Assembly (NCBI GenBank): GCA_973895155.1 | Contig: OZ316899.1 | Location: 1,945,573-2,009,572, forward strand | DNA from: Marsupella aquatica | Taxonomy: Eukaryota > Plantae > Marchantiophyta | Length of the DNA stretch: 64,000 nucleotides | Direction: 5' to 3' | Shown here: in pieces, positions 36,858 through 48,840 of the stretch | How the letters are laid out: every line of letters starts with the position of its first letter | How positions within the stretch are numbered: the first letter of the stretch is position 1 | Position numbers and translations under genes: made by a program | Notes under the pieces: generated by a model | Database searches by the model: none | Seen by the model: the letters and a program-made list of their open reading frames with translations, nothing else | Told to the model about the DNA's origin: nothing

Positions 36858-39800
36858 CTACTTGTCCATCCTTTGAAGATAATTTTGGACAGTTTGTAGA
36901 ACATTTCGAGGGATCTTCAAACCTCTGCCCGCCATGTTTTCTTCTTTCATTCCAGATTTAAAACCATAAATTGCAGAATTTGCATACTGCCAATGTTGAG
37001 TATTCTCACCAAACCCTGGATCTCGTTCCCATGTCTTAGTGGACATGAAACAATTTAGATACCACGCACTCTCAGTCACATCAAGTTTAGAGTGTTTAGG
37101 CCTCTACCATTCAACTGGGAATATTGGAGCGTACTGTCGAGGCAGAGAAGGGTTTGTTGAAGATGTAGTTGGGACTTCATGCTTTGGGTCCACCAAACCC
37201 AAAGCTCTCACCAACCAGAAATGACCTCCACCATTTTTATTCTCACAATCATCCTCAGGTCGAAGAAATACAAAGTTTCCTTCACAAATATCCTGTAAAG
37301 GAATCCATCGTCCTTGTTCTCTCTCAGCTCGAGATCCAACAAATGGTGTTGCTTGATCTTCCATCTCTTCCAAGACCTCATTTTGAAGAGCCGTTATCTC
37401 TGCATTCTCCTCATCTTCACTTGGAGGACCACTTTGTTCCGGTTGGTTGACCTTGTAACCAGTGCCGTGGTTAGTCTTAGGCCAAAATCTGTTTTTCAAG
37501 GGAAATTGAGTACTTCCCTCCCCTTCTAGTGCGAGCCCATTTGTCAACAACTCCACAATTCTCTCCCAATATTTCACAAGAGGAAATCTTTCCTTATATG
37601 CTATAGATGTCTCATCAGTGCAACTCATTCTCAAAAAATCAAGGTACTTGTTAAGAAATGGGATAATCTCTTCAGATTTTTTGTGTATCTCTCCAATGGA
37701 TTTAGCTAAGGGCTCTCCACTAGGTAAAAGAAGAGAATTTGTTGTCAGATCTGTTGCCCAAATGCACCTTCCACCAACTGGCCCCCAAGCTTGCTTTACA
37801 TGGGACTTATACTGAAATATTGGTACATTATCTCTCATAGAGAAAAGAAATGATACAGGTTTTGAGTGACCTTGAATATCTTTCACCTTGAAAGTTTGAA
37901 GATATTCTTTGTAAGATGCAACTTCTTGTATCAATCTGGGAACTGGATGAATGCTCTCGCATTCCCATACCTTTGCCATAAGAGCAAGGAGGGTTGCAAC
38001 TTCTTTGTGCTGAACTTGATATGATACCTTTGAAAAGAGTGCATCAACATCTTCGTGCATATGACCAACCATTAGAAAAGACATTTGAACAGTTTCAAAT
38101 ACTCCTCTACTCACAAGCTCGCTACAAAATGCCATGACAGTCTGGTTTTTGTTGTCCTTTGCTGAATTATCCATCTGCAATGTTAGGTGCCTTGGCAAGG
38201 GCTTGAACGATGGACTGCCTTGCTCTCCTTGCATGTCTTCTCCTTCATCCTCATCTTGTTGGTTTGGGACGGTCTCAGTCCGACTCTCAGCTCCATCTTC
38301 AGAACCAATATACCTATTCATCGGTATATTCTTTGGTTCCAAATAACCCGTAAAAAATGCTTCAAAGTCAAGTAGGGCTTGAAAGAAAGGTCTGTGAGGT
38401 TCCCAATGAAGGCCATCCAACATGTCACCTGTCTTGTCTCCATTGTACTCTTCAAGGTCTCGAAGACACTTAGCCAAGGATGTCACTATGAAATCGGCAT
38501 CTCCTGGCCAAAGGCCAATGACACTAAAGTGTGCATAAACTCCTGGATCCCTCCCGTGGGTCAACATCGCTGTGAGAGCAATAGGTAGCGGCATTCCATG
38601 ACCCGAAAGAGATTTAGGAGTACTAACCATTTTTGGAATCCATGTCTTTGCTTGATCCATCTTGTCGTGAATAATGCAAAGATATTCTCTTGGGTGTTGT
38701 TTGGCCATCACTCGATGAGCGTAGTAAACATATCTACGTGACATTTGCTCACGAAGATGTTGCGCTCGCTTTTCTTCAATTTCAGCACGTTCTTTTTTCC
38801 TTCTTTCTCGCATCAAACTGTCTTTGTATTCACAACAAAGAGTACACTTGGCAAATGCACCATCTTTATGAAAACTGAAGTTTGCAAATGAGTTGCTCCA
38901 GATCTTGTAGAGAGTATTCTCTGTGACAGGAGGAAGCCCTTCTTCCTTCATCTTTGTTCTCACATCTTCCAGAATCTCTAGCTTCTTGTAACACGCCGGA
39001 AGACGGTACTCAGTAGAGTCTGTCCCATGTGCCCCTCCATAAGGCATATGAGGCATGGGCTCTGCATTTCGAGTCAAAAAAGCCTCCAACAGAGCTTGTG
39101 CATGCAAGGTATTTGCCCTTGTTTTCATCAAGCCCGTATTGCCATGGAACCCAATTTTGCAACCCTCCACATATCTCCTTTTGTAATCATAATATTTGGT
39201 GTGGCTAAAACCGTGGATAATTGCAAATGCATGTCTGCATACGACCATACCCTTAAGAACATGGTGTCCCTTATCACGAACATCATCCTCTCTATAGTGA
39301 AAGAGGTTGAAAATGTGTGACGTTTTTGACTCGCTTGACATCCCATGAAATTCCATCCTAATATCTTCGATGTTTTCCCTTGGCATAATGAGACAACATT
39401 TTTGCTTGCAACAATTTTCTCTTTTCACGTCATCAATTGACGCCTCTGTTGTTTTTGGAAATTGCCTTGGTTTCCAACAACCTCCTCTTCTTTTCATTTG
39501 GATCTACTTGATTCCTCTTGTTGAAATTGTACAGCCTTGAACACAGTACTCCTCTATCACTTACATCCGCATTGAGTTTATCCCTATCCATTGAGTCCAT
39601 CCTCTCAGAACCTTCCACCAAAATGTCTGACAAAAATTTTCCATTTGCAACTAGTTTTGTTGAATCAATCCGCCATCGAATCAAACTCACTACTCCCTTG
39701 TGGATGTTGGGAAAGTATTGTGCTGCCACGACATCTTTCACAGCAATCCCAACATGCTCATCACCAAGAATTTCATCATCAACTGCTGCTGTCACTTGAG

Positions 39801-40640
39801 GGACAATGATCGTTCCAGTGGCAACCATTTTGGTTTGATCCAAACCAGTGTAGAGTTCAACCAACTCTGACATCCAGTTTGCCCGATGAAAATAGTCACA
39901 CTTAGTGTCCGTGGTGTTCGCCGAACAAGACTGTGAAACAAAATTTGCCTTGTCCTTCTGCTTCTTAGAGGAAGATTTGTTGCTCCCATCAATATCAACA
40001 TTCCATACTTTATTGTGGACGTCAACCACATCCCATAGAACCCAAGAGCCCTTTGCCTCTTCAATTGTTGCAGCTCCACCATGTGCGTAAGGTAAAGTCT
40101 TACTACCATGAATCACATCTGTGACTTTTACACTAACCCGAGACTCACCGAGTAATATGTTATGACATCTCTCCATTGGATCGGTCTTGAAAACAACTCC
40201 AAAGGCCACACAATGGCCAGAGATAAGCATTTCAACCTCATCGTCTGGCCTTAGGGTGGTCGAAGCATCCTCCTCTACATTTGCAAAATTATGATGTTGT
40301 TATCTTTTCGAGTCGAACAACTACCAATATTGATGCGTTTTTGAGTAATCTTATCCGCAGATCGATATGCACATGACATATCCCAAATGACACATGAGTC
40401 AATGGCATCATGAAGATTTTCTGCCCTAGGCATTGGAAAAGGGAGCTTCCTAGTCTCACCAAAGGCCTTCTCAATGAGAACCCCAATTCGATTCTCTCCC
40501 AGCACAATATTTTGAACACTCTCTCGCGGATCTGTCTTTTGAACTGTCCCATTTCCAACGTCGTAACCATCGATTGTCAAGGTAACATCATCGCCCCTAG
40601 AAAACCTTTGAGACATCCTTTTCCTATTTTCCTGCACACT
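36858..40640 (-). pseudogene. Sola-type transposase with three N-terminal TNP1/En-Spm-like domains and a C-terminal beta-rich domain; two frameshifts and one stop
   Basis: IIHDKMDQ, LQMDNSAKDNKN, FLMVGHMHEDVDALFS, preceded by FAKCTLC. ORFs 40275-40667, 39433-40230 and 37104-39497 join by frameshifts. 36858-37079 continues in frame after TAG (VEW*RPKH). Confidence 0.85.
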
Positions 40641-40689
40641 GAAAAAATGGATTAAAACCAACCTCATGCAAATTTTGATTCAGAATACT

Positions 40690-41425
40690 ATCCTCCAATT
40701 TTGGATTTGGACTAGGACCATCCGAGTCCGGATTTGCACCGGGACCATCCAAGTCTGGATTAGGACTGCAATCCTCCGAGTCTGGATTTGGACTACGATC
40801 CTCCGATTCTGGATTTGGCCTGGGACCATCCGAGTCCGGATTTGGACCGGGACCATCCAAGTTCGGATTTGGACTGCAATCCTCCGAGTCTGGATTTGGA
40901 CTACAATCCTCCGATTCTGGATTTGGACTGGGACCATCCGAGTCCGGATTTGGACCAGGACCATCCAAGTCCGGATTTGGACTGCAATCCTTTGAGTCTG
41001 GATTTGGACTACGATCCTCCGATTCTGGATTTGGGCTGGGACCATCCCAATCCAAACTTGGACTTGGACCATCCCAATCCAAACTTGGACTCGGACCATC
41101 CCAATCCAAACTTGGACTCGGACCATCCCAATCCAAACTAGGACTCCGACCATCCCAATCCAAAGTTGGACTCGGACCATCGTAATCCAAAGTTGGACTC
41201 GGACCATCCAAGTTCAAACTTGGACTCGGATGATCCCAATCCAAAGTTGGACTCGGACCATCGTAATCCAAAGTTGGACTCGGACCATCCCAATCCAAAC
41301 TAGGACTTGGACCATCCAAGTTCAAACTTGGACTCGTATGATCCCAATCCAAAGTTGGACTCAGATGATCCCAATGCAAACTTGGACTAGGACCATCCGA
41401 ATCCAAACTTGGACTAGGACCATCC
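40690..41425. repeat. 27-bp minisatellite built on GGACTCGGACCATCCCAATCC (imperfect palindrome); probably intronic
   Basis: Unit GGACCATCCCAATCCAAACTTGGACTC and variants. On the minus strand it is flanked by a GTGAGT donor (about 41630) and TTTCAG/TGCAG acceptors (about 40640). Confidence 0.9.
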
Positions 41426-42289
41426 TAGACCAACCCATGATGTAATGGGAGATAAACTTCAAACATCTTAAGCTGAGAAAAATCCAAATTTAGGAAGACC
41501 CCGTATTTTACGGATCTCCCTAGATATGGTGTAGCCTAAAGTTTGCGTGGTCCTAAGGCAGACCCTAATGTCTACATACAGTTTCATGAAATAATGGAAC
41601 CTTATATTTGAATGCATTAACCTTATACTCACCTTAGTATTAAGATCTGGTAGAAGATGAATATCACATCCAAGGGGTATACATTGTTGTTTGAATAATG
41701 GTAAAAACTTCCCAGAACCTTGAAATACAAGCTATATGCCACTAAATCTTGGGAGTAAAAAACAAACTGAACCCTAAACCACACATGTCTCTAAAAGATA
41801 AACTGAGAGGACTCCAAAAGTCAAGAAGCTGGCTAAGCTGACCCAATGAAGGTAAGTGGCTCAATACATAACACTTTAAGAGAAACTCCACTCCGGATTA
41901 CATGGAGCTTAGATTTGGGAAACTAGAACAAGAATGAGCTCCGAAGTGGGCGTCTCCCAAATTATACCCTTTGCTCGAGTCGGCTCAACCGGAAATCGCG
42001 TGAAGATAAGGGTTGAGTACGCGTTCACCTTAGCTTGCGGACACACCTTATCTTCACGAGCCTAATTGCGCGGGGACTACCATGGAAGGCTGTTAGGTAG
42101 GCAGGACATCAAGGAAGGAGGCCGTATGCAAGGTGAGGGCAACGGGCCGTATGCAAGAGCAGGCCGTACGCCATAGCAGGCCGTACGCAGTAGAAGGAGG
42201 CAACCGGCCGTACACAGGCCGGGGTGAGGCAGGAGGGGGTAAAGGGACGGAGAGGTCCAGCCAGGACCTCATTCTCATTCTCTCACTCC

Positions 42290-42400
42290 TCGCTCTCTCG
42301 CTCTCTCGCTCTCCTCTTGCTCTCCTCCTCACTCTCTCGCTCTCCTCTCGCTCTCCTTGCTCTCTGCTCTCCGCTCTCTCTCCGCTCTCCATTCTCTCTC
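42290..42400 (+). repeat. CT-rich microsatellite in the divergent promoter/5' UTR region between transposase and cargo gene
   Basis: CTCTCGCTCTCTCG-type low-complexity tract. Confidence 0.8.
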
Positions 42401-42687
42401 TGCCTCCCCGCCTCCGCCTGCCTCCGCCTTCCACCTTCCACCTTCCACCTCCATTCTTTTTTATTGCCCTAGATCGGACGCCTGCTAAGACGCCACGTGT
42501 CACGCTGCCACGTGTTAGAAAGATGGAAGTGAATCGCGTCCTTGTGATGTCCTACATGGAAGAAACAGAGGAGTTTGACCTCTCCTCTATGAGCGACAGT
42601 GTGGAACTGGCACTCGAAGACTCTAGATAATTTCAATCACGAATCCCTAGTAAGTATCTATCACCTATCCTCCCTAAGTCTTAGAGG

Positions 42688-42870
42688 ACTGGGACCATCT
42701 GAGTCCAAACTTGGACTCGGACCATCCCAATCCAAACTTGGACTCGGACCATCCCAATCCAAACTTGGACTCAGACCATCCAAATCCAAACTTGGACTCG
42801 GATGATCCCAATCCAAACTTGGACTCGGACCATCCCAATCCAAAGTTGGACTCGGATGATCCTAATCCAT
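42688..42870. repeat. Second array of the same 27-bp minisatellite, in the first putative intron of the cargo gene
   Basis: About six units of CCAAACTTGGACTCGGACCATCCCAAT following a GTAAGT donor at about 42649. Confidence 0.88.
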
Positions 42871-43245
42871 CTGGGAGATTGAATCCCGATTGTAGGAGCA
42901 AGTCTAAAACCATCTCAAGTTGGACTAGGACCATCCTAATCCAACAAGAGTTATTCGAATGTTTTAAAGGTTTCAAGTCTAACATGGATGACGTTTATGA
43001 TGCAGGGAGTGATCTTGTTGTTTTCAAACCCGCGATTGCACCGACCCACTGCCTGGATGGATTCTTACTAGATGAGAGATCCCCACGCTTTCGATGGGGG
43101 CTTGAGTTCTCAAGAACCCCGCTTAATAATGAAGTGCCATCAACCACGATTGAACCTGTTTTGACCTTAAAGTGCAGAGAAAATGATAGCCTGACTTTTG
43201 TTTGTTTGCGGACCTGTGGTCTCTGTTGGCATTGGAGGGAGAGGG

Positions 43246-46200
43246 ATGAATACGGTCATTCTCGACATGCACGATAAGTCCTGTTGGGTTAAAGTTAACC
43301 TTCTGTCAAAGTCATACTCCTTTGAATTCAATGTCGAATGGCACGCAAGTGGGGAATTGAGCGTTTTGTCAATGGGATTTTTTCCAAAGACCTATGACAC
43401 AAAGAAGTTGGTCGCCGGGGTAACTGGTATGCTTCCAGTCGACATTATGTATGGGTTTCAATATTTGAAACTCAACATGATGAAGCACCAAGGCAATTTT
43501 TCTTTTGCAACTACCTGGACATTAAGCAATTTACTTGAGAAAGCTGGATTGTTATCGTTGGAGTCGGAGGAGCCTGGTGTTTTAATTGATAAGGATGTTG
43601 CATTTGCTCCCAAGTTTGATTTAGTCAAAGCAAAGCAATGGATAGAATCTTTGTCCAAGATGAGAAAGCTTCCAGCGGTGAATACAAACCCTGTGCCCGA
43701 GAAAGCGCCAGAGAAAGCTCCAGAACCTACAATAGAGACTGCGGGAACTACAGCAGCGACCTCTCAAAGAGCAGTGGGAAGACAAAAACAAAGCCAAAGG
43801 AAACCTCCGGTTGAGAAGAAACTTCCGGTTGAGAAGCCGAGTACGAGAAGCCAAGTTGAGAAGCCAGTTGAGAAGCCGAGTACGAGAAGCCGAGTTGAGA
43901 AGCCAGTTGAGAAGAAACGTCCGGTTGAGAAGCCGAGTGCAAGTGAAAAGAGACCAAGACAGAAGAAGAAACAGAAAATTGACAGTGCCATCATGGATGA
44001 CACTACAGAAAACCTGACAGTGCATTCACAAGATGTGGACGAGCAGTTGGACGCTCCTGAGGAGAAGAAGGTCTTAGAAGGTAATGAGGTATTGCAACAA
44101 ATGGAGCAATATTATACGTTTGGGATCAATTTGATATTTTCTATTCCTGTAGACAATATTTTCCCTGCGTCGGCAAGACTCTGTTACAGAATGTTGAATG
44201 CAGAACATGTAAAGGAGGTGGCCAATTCCATGATAAGAAATTCGGGGCATGAACCACACATAGCAGACTTGATTCCTTACACTACAAAACATAGAAACCT
44301 AATGTAGTATGACAACACGGAATCAGATAGGAGGGACTTTGTAGCAGCCATGAAAAAGGGCGAGGTTCAATTCCTTGCCATTAGCGGTCAACATTCGGCT
44401 AGAGCAGCCAGATGGATTCGAGAATGGGCAAACAAGGATGCCAAGCTGACAGCATTGGCGAAAAAGCTGGAATTTCGAAAGTCAAGAATATTATCTCATC
44501 AAACACCATCGTCAATATTAGTTGAGCATTCAATGCGATCTAATGCGATCAATAGCACGATGGTGTTTCAATCATGCTTCAAAGATACAGTTGTTCATGC
44601 TAGGCGACAATTTGTGGAATGTGGAAAACCTAGCCGGCCAAAACATGGGGACAACAAAACAAACGCTCAAGACAATCAAAAATTTCAGGTACGAAGTGTT
44701 ATTGCTTGATGGGTACAATACCGTAGATTCATGCACATTCAGTAGAATATTTCCACTGATATCGCCTAGTTTTGCGTTGGACCGGGATGGTCCCAGTCCA
44801 AATGGATTCATGCACATTCAGTAGAATCTTTGTCCACTGATATCGTCTAGTTTTGTGTTGGACTGGGATGGTCCCAGTCCAAATGGATTCATGCACATTC
44901 AGTAGAATATTTCCATTGATATCGCCTAGTTTTGCGTTGGACTGGGATGGTCCCAGTCCAAATGGATTCATACACATTCAATAGATTATTTTTCCACTGA
45001 TACTGTCTAGTTTTGTTCTGGACTGGGATGGTCCCAGTCCAAACTAAATCATGCACATTCAATAGAATATTTCCACTGATACTGTCTAGTTCTGTGTTGG
45101 ACTGGGATGGTCTCAGTCCACACCTGAGTGCTATCAAACAATTGAGTTATGGAGAACTAATAGACTTTCCTTTGCAATTGTAGGATTGGTTGGCGCTTGC
45201 AAGAATGACCATGGGAAGGAAAGATTGTCGAAATGTTTACTGGTTACTGTTTGCGGACGATGCTCTTTTTGAGTTATGGAGTTTGGTATGCCAGTTGTGG
45301 TTGGATGGGAAACTTCCCGATGGAGCTGGGGTAGAAGGAAATGAGAAGTCTGAAAAAGCAATTACTGTTGCCATGTTTCGTTGTTTTGATGGTGAGTTGA
45401 TCTCACAACGAGACATCACAAGAATACTGACGCGGGTGAAGTCAGGAAAGGTATTGCTAAAGAAAGATGCCTCTAATAAATCAGACATGCCATCTATAGA
45501 GGAGTTGGCCAAAGATGTGAAGATCGTGCGGAAACTGAAGTCCCTTATTGAAGACTACTATTGCACCAAGGATGCGGTGAATTTCCCGGCAAATACTAAT
45601 TGGGGGAAAGTAGTGGAGGTTCTTCCTATGCTAGCAATTGATTCAGAGTTCAGCAGGTGTCGAAGAGCCGCTGGCGAGGTCTATCTTGCCAACCTTTTAA
45701 AACCAAATCATACGCGGGAGAGCGCAATCTTGCCGACGGCATTGGCATTCCGCCTAGATGATATATACTGCCAGAAATTTGGCGGAGGATCACGTTCTCG
45801 GACCCTACCATGGGCTACATTTTTTAGCGACAATCTCATGAAGACCATTGATCCAGAGTCATTGCAAGAAGCTCCTCCAACCTGCCCTCTTGCCATTGTT
45901 GATTTTAGCCGGCTTCCGCAAAAACAATGGACTGAAGCAGAGATTCTTGTTCTCTTTGAATACATTGTGGAGCTTCCACAAAATCCCATGATTGTTGTGA
46001 CGATAACAGTTCATCCTGGACAACTTGCATTGAATATCCATGGTGCCCTTCGTAAACTGGGACAAGAGAAACCTTTGACCATTCACATTGAGTATGGGAG
46101 TTATTCTCGAGATGATCAACGGCACCCTCATGACTCATGTTGGGGTGGGGGGATTGAAGAAGTTATCTTTGCGGGGATTTCTCGAGATGAAGACGTCAAT

Positions 46201-47564
46201 TGGAATGAAGTTTTCAAGCCCAACTATCCAAAGCCAAAATTCTTGTATACTGCAAAGGATGTTGATTACGAAGTATGCAAGATCGACAAGGGAAAGGGGA
46301 AGGCTAAGGAATCAGATGAGGGGACACAAAACGACGACCTAAAAGTGGTTTTGGACCCGGAAGAGGCCGTCAAGATTATGAATATGGCCCATTTGAGACA
46401 GTTGGCAGTCGCGGAGGGTGGATTAATCCTCATGCCAAACCCACGCGGATGATCCGAAGGATTATTGAATCCTTGTCAGAACCGGGAGATTTGGTTCTAG
46501 ATTTTTTCTCCGGTAGCCAAGTCATGAAGACATCATTTTTTTGCGATAGGGAATGCTTTGTTTATTGTGACTCTCACTCCGAGAGGCATTTTGTGGAAGC
46601 TTTTGCTTCCTACCTTTGCGAGAGAGTTCCCTCACTTAAAGCTCATTGTGAATCACTTGCTGAAAATTCTTGACAATGGGCTACCACTGTTGCGGCTGTA
46701 GCTGTCGCTGTTGAATCCGATGGTTCTGAGTCTGAAGATGTTGTTGACAAAGTGGCTGAAGGCGTAGAGGCATCAGAGGAGGCATATGTCATGAATTTGG
46801 ATGACCGTGTTGGTCAAGGTGAGCCTTACGATGTAGATGATGATATTGGACTTGCACCAAACCGTTCATCTGGTTTAGATGACATCCCTCCGGGGCCCAA
46901 TGAAGTTCAAGTTGATGATAACTTGGACAAGGATGATCCCAATCCAACAACGTCGGGAGGACAGATGGAGCAACTGGAAGGAGCAAGGGTTGATACGTTT
47001 GATCATCTTTCTTCAACCAATCTGATCAATGAAGGCGCAACGAGGCTCGGAGATTCAAATGAAGCTGAAACTAAAGAATTGACTCGGGGGGAGACCGAGG
47101 GGGAGACTGGCGGATTGCCTGACATTCCGATCAATCCAGGAGGAAATGCATCAACGGCTGCTGACAACCAGATAGGTGCTTCAACTTGTCCTGACACACT
47201 CTTTTCAGCTTCTGATGACAAATTGGTGTTCGTTCGTTCACACTCGGGGAGTCCTATTGTCCTTCCGCTCTCAAAAAAGAAAGGAAATAGAGTTGGATCA
47301 ACTGGATGGAGGTCATTGGAATGCGATGCACGATGTTACGTGTGGAAAAGTGGGCCAAATCGAGGCCAAGAAATATCATTGGATGCTGCTCCTTCAATTC
47401 TCAATAAGGAGGAGTATAAGAGTGGAGAATTGGGGTTGATAACTCCTGTTTGGACTTCACCTTATTGGGTAGAACAAAGTACTTCAGATGTCAATTTTGA
47501 AATCCAACAGGAGCTTGGTGCTGACATGATTATTGATGAATACGGATCTCTTATTTTGGAATGA
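43246..47564 (+). pseudogene. Sola cargo gene 1: N-terminal domain, Lys/Pro-rich linker, ParB/Srx-like domain, amino-DNA-methyltransferase-like domain, acidic tail
   Basis: IPVDNIFP...YRMLNAEHVKEVANSM...QFLAISGQHSARA (44383-44397). Phase-0 GT-AG intron 44689-45183. NPR|MIRRIIESLSEPGDLVLDFFSGS (motif X-I, D at 46500; 1-nt frameshift at about 46447). In-frame stops at 44305 and 46671. The start may lie further upstream (about 42524). Confidence 0.75.
44726..45121. repeat. About 80-bp intronic tandem repeat x5, each unit with the hairpin TTGGACTGGGA-TGG-TCCCAGTCCAA
   Basis: Hairpin copies at 44777, 44858, 44937, 45018 and 45097; those at 44858 and 44937 are perfect 11-3-11 inverted repeats. Confidence 0.93.
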
Positions 47565-47781
47565 AATTCAGCCTTTGACTTTGTATTTATTCATATCAAT
47601 CTAAAATACTTCTCGGTCTCACAGAATGCGCTCACCAATTAAAGTCTCCATATCCGTCTACACATTGTGAGGCTTCTAAAAATGGTATGTAGGTTAATTT
47701 TCTTTTTTGTTAGCCATTGTCTTGTATTTTTGGACTGAGACAATCCTAATCCAAAGTTCACTTTTGGTCTCTTCTCTGAGA

Positions 47782-48840
47782 ATGGTGTTTGGTGCACTTG
47801 CAGAATCGAGACCTGGTCCCCTCAAGCGGAAGTTGCTGATTTTGGACCTTAATAAAATACTTTGGGATTCTATTGAATTCCAAAGCAAGGGCACATCCAG
47901 GAATATTGTCACCTCAAGTGGAGTGCATTGGGATAGATCAAATGGAACTAGTCGCATGTATACAGAGAGGCCACGGCTCCATGAGTTTCTAAAGTTGGTT
48001 TTTGACCGGTTTGACGTTGCAATTTGGACATGTGCTGGGATGCCACGAACAGTGAAAATGTTGAACATGATGTTCACAATTGAGGAGCGGTTGAAACTGA
48101 AGTTTGTATTCACACAGGTGGAAGCCTTTGACACAGGCATTCAAAGGCGTGACATTACAAATGGAAAGGCAAATGTGCTATTGAAGGATTTTTGGGTGGT
48201 ATGGAGTGCATTTGGAAATCTATATGATGAAACCAACACACTCCTTGTGGATGACTCCCCCTTGAAGGCATTTGCCAACCCAGACATGACCGGACTATTT
48301 CCAGTGGCCTACACGCATGCCAATCGTGGAGACAATTTTCTTCTAACAATTCTTTGGCCATGTCTTGAGAAACTGTCACATGCAAGTGACATTCGTTGTT
48401 ATCTTCTCCAAAACTCTCCAAAGTGGTCTCTATTGCACACTAAGAGAGACAAGGCAAAAAATGAGATTACTTATGATCAACTTAGTAAGAGATGTGCAGC
48501 AAAAATTTGGAAGTCACAGTATAGGCATAGTGTGCTGGACCTCAATAGCAATGAGATTCCTTGGGCTGTGAAGCACCGTATATGTAGCTTACGTCCTGAG
48601 GTGGAACTTGATGATGCACTTGTCACCTCACTTGCTAGATCATTTGTAGGACGGGAATATTCAGGTCTGTATAGAGAAAATCCCATAAACTTTTTGCGGG
48701 AGATTATAGCAGTTAGGAACAACACCACCAAATTTCATCTCCCTGAAGATAAAGGGAGTTGCAACCGTGACATTAGGGTAGATAGTAAAGGAGACAAAGG
48801 CACGTGCTCAAATAAATATTGTAAGGAGCACTTTGTTTAG
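47782..48840 (+). CDS. Sola cargo gene 2: FCP1/SCP (NIF, HAD-superfamily) phosphatase-like protein; uninterrupted ORF
   Basis: RKLLILDLNKIL (DxN variant of motif I, D at 47845), RPRLHEFLKLVFDRFDVAIWT, LKDFWVVW, NTLLVDDSPLKAFANP. The frame is open from 47707; first ATG at 47782; true start or splicing unknown. Confidence 0.85.
   Translation: MVFGALAESRPGPLKRKLLILDLNKILWDSIEFQSKGTSRNIVTSSGVHWDRSNGTSRMYTERPRLHEFLKLVFDRFDVAIWTCAGMPRTVKMLNMMFTIEERLKLKFVFTQVEAFDTGIQRRDITNGKANVLLKDFWVVWSAFGNLYDETNTLLVDDSPLKAFANPDMTGLFPVAYTHANRGDNFLLTILWPCLEKLSHASDIRCYLLQNSPKWSLLHTKRDKAKNEITYDQLSKRCAAKIWKSQYRHSVLDLNSNEIPWAVKHRICSLRPEVELDDALVTSLARSFVGREYSGLYRENPINFLREIIAVRNNTTKFHLPEDKGSCNRDIRVDSKGDKGTCSNKYCKEHFV

Noticed and set aside
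40624-41406. 260-aa ORF of DGPSPSLDW-type repeats, and overlapping ORFs in other frames
   Set aside because: Openness in several frames follows from a 27-bp unit with few stops. The array sits between a plausible donor and acceptor, so it is more likely intronic than coding.
42093-42630. ORFs over the CT/GA-rich tract
   Set aside because: Low-complexity microsatellite translation; the region looks like a bidirectional promoter/5' UTR.
44726-45121. Hairpin repeat every 80 bp resembling CRISPR repeat-spacer structure
   Set aside because: The spacers are homologous to one another and the array lies in a spliceosomal intron.
43246-47564. Bacterial or phage contamination as the source of the ParB and methyltransferase motifs
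   Set aside because: Both genes have frame-preserving GT-AG introns and are embedded in plant TEs; the Sola copy lies within precise TIR/TSD junctions.
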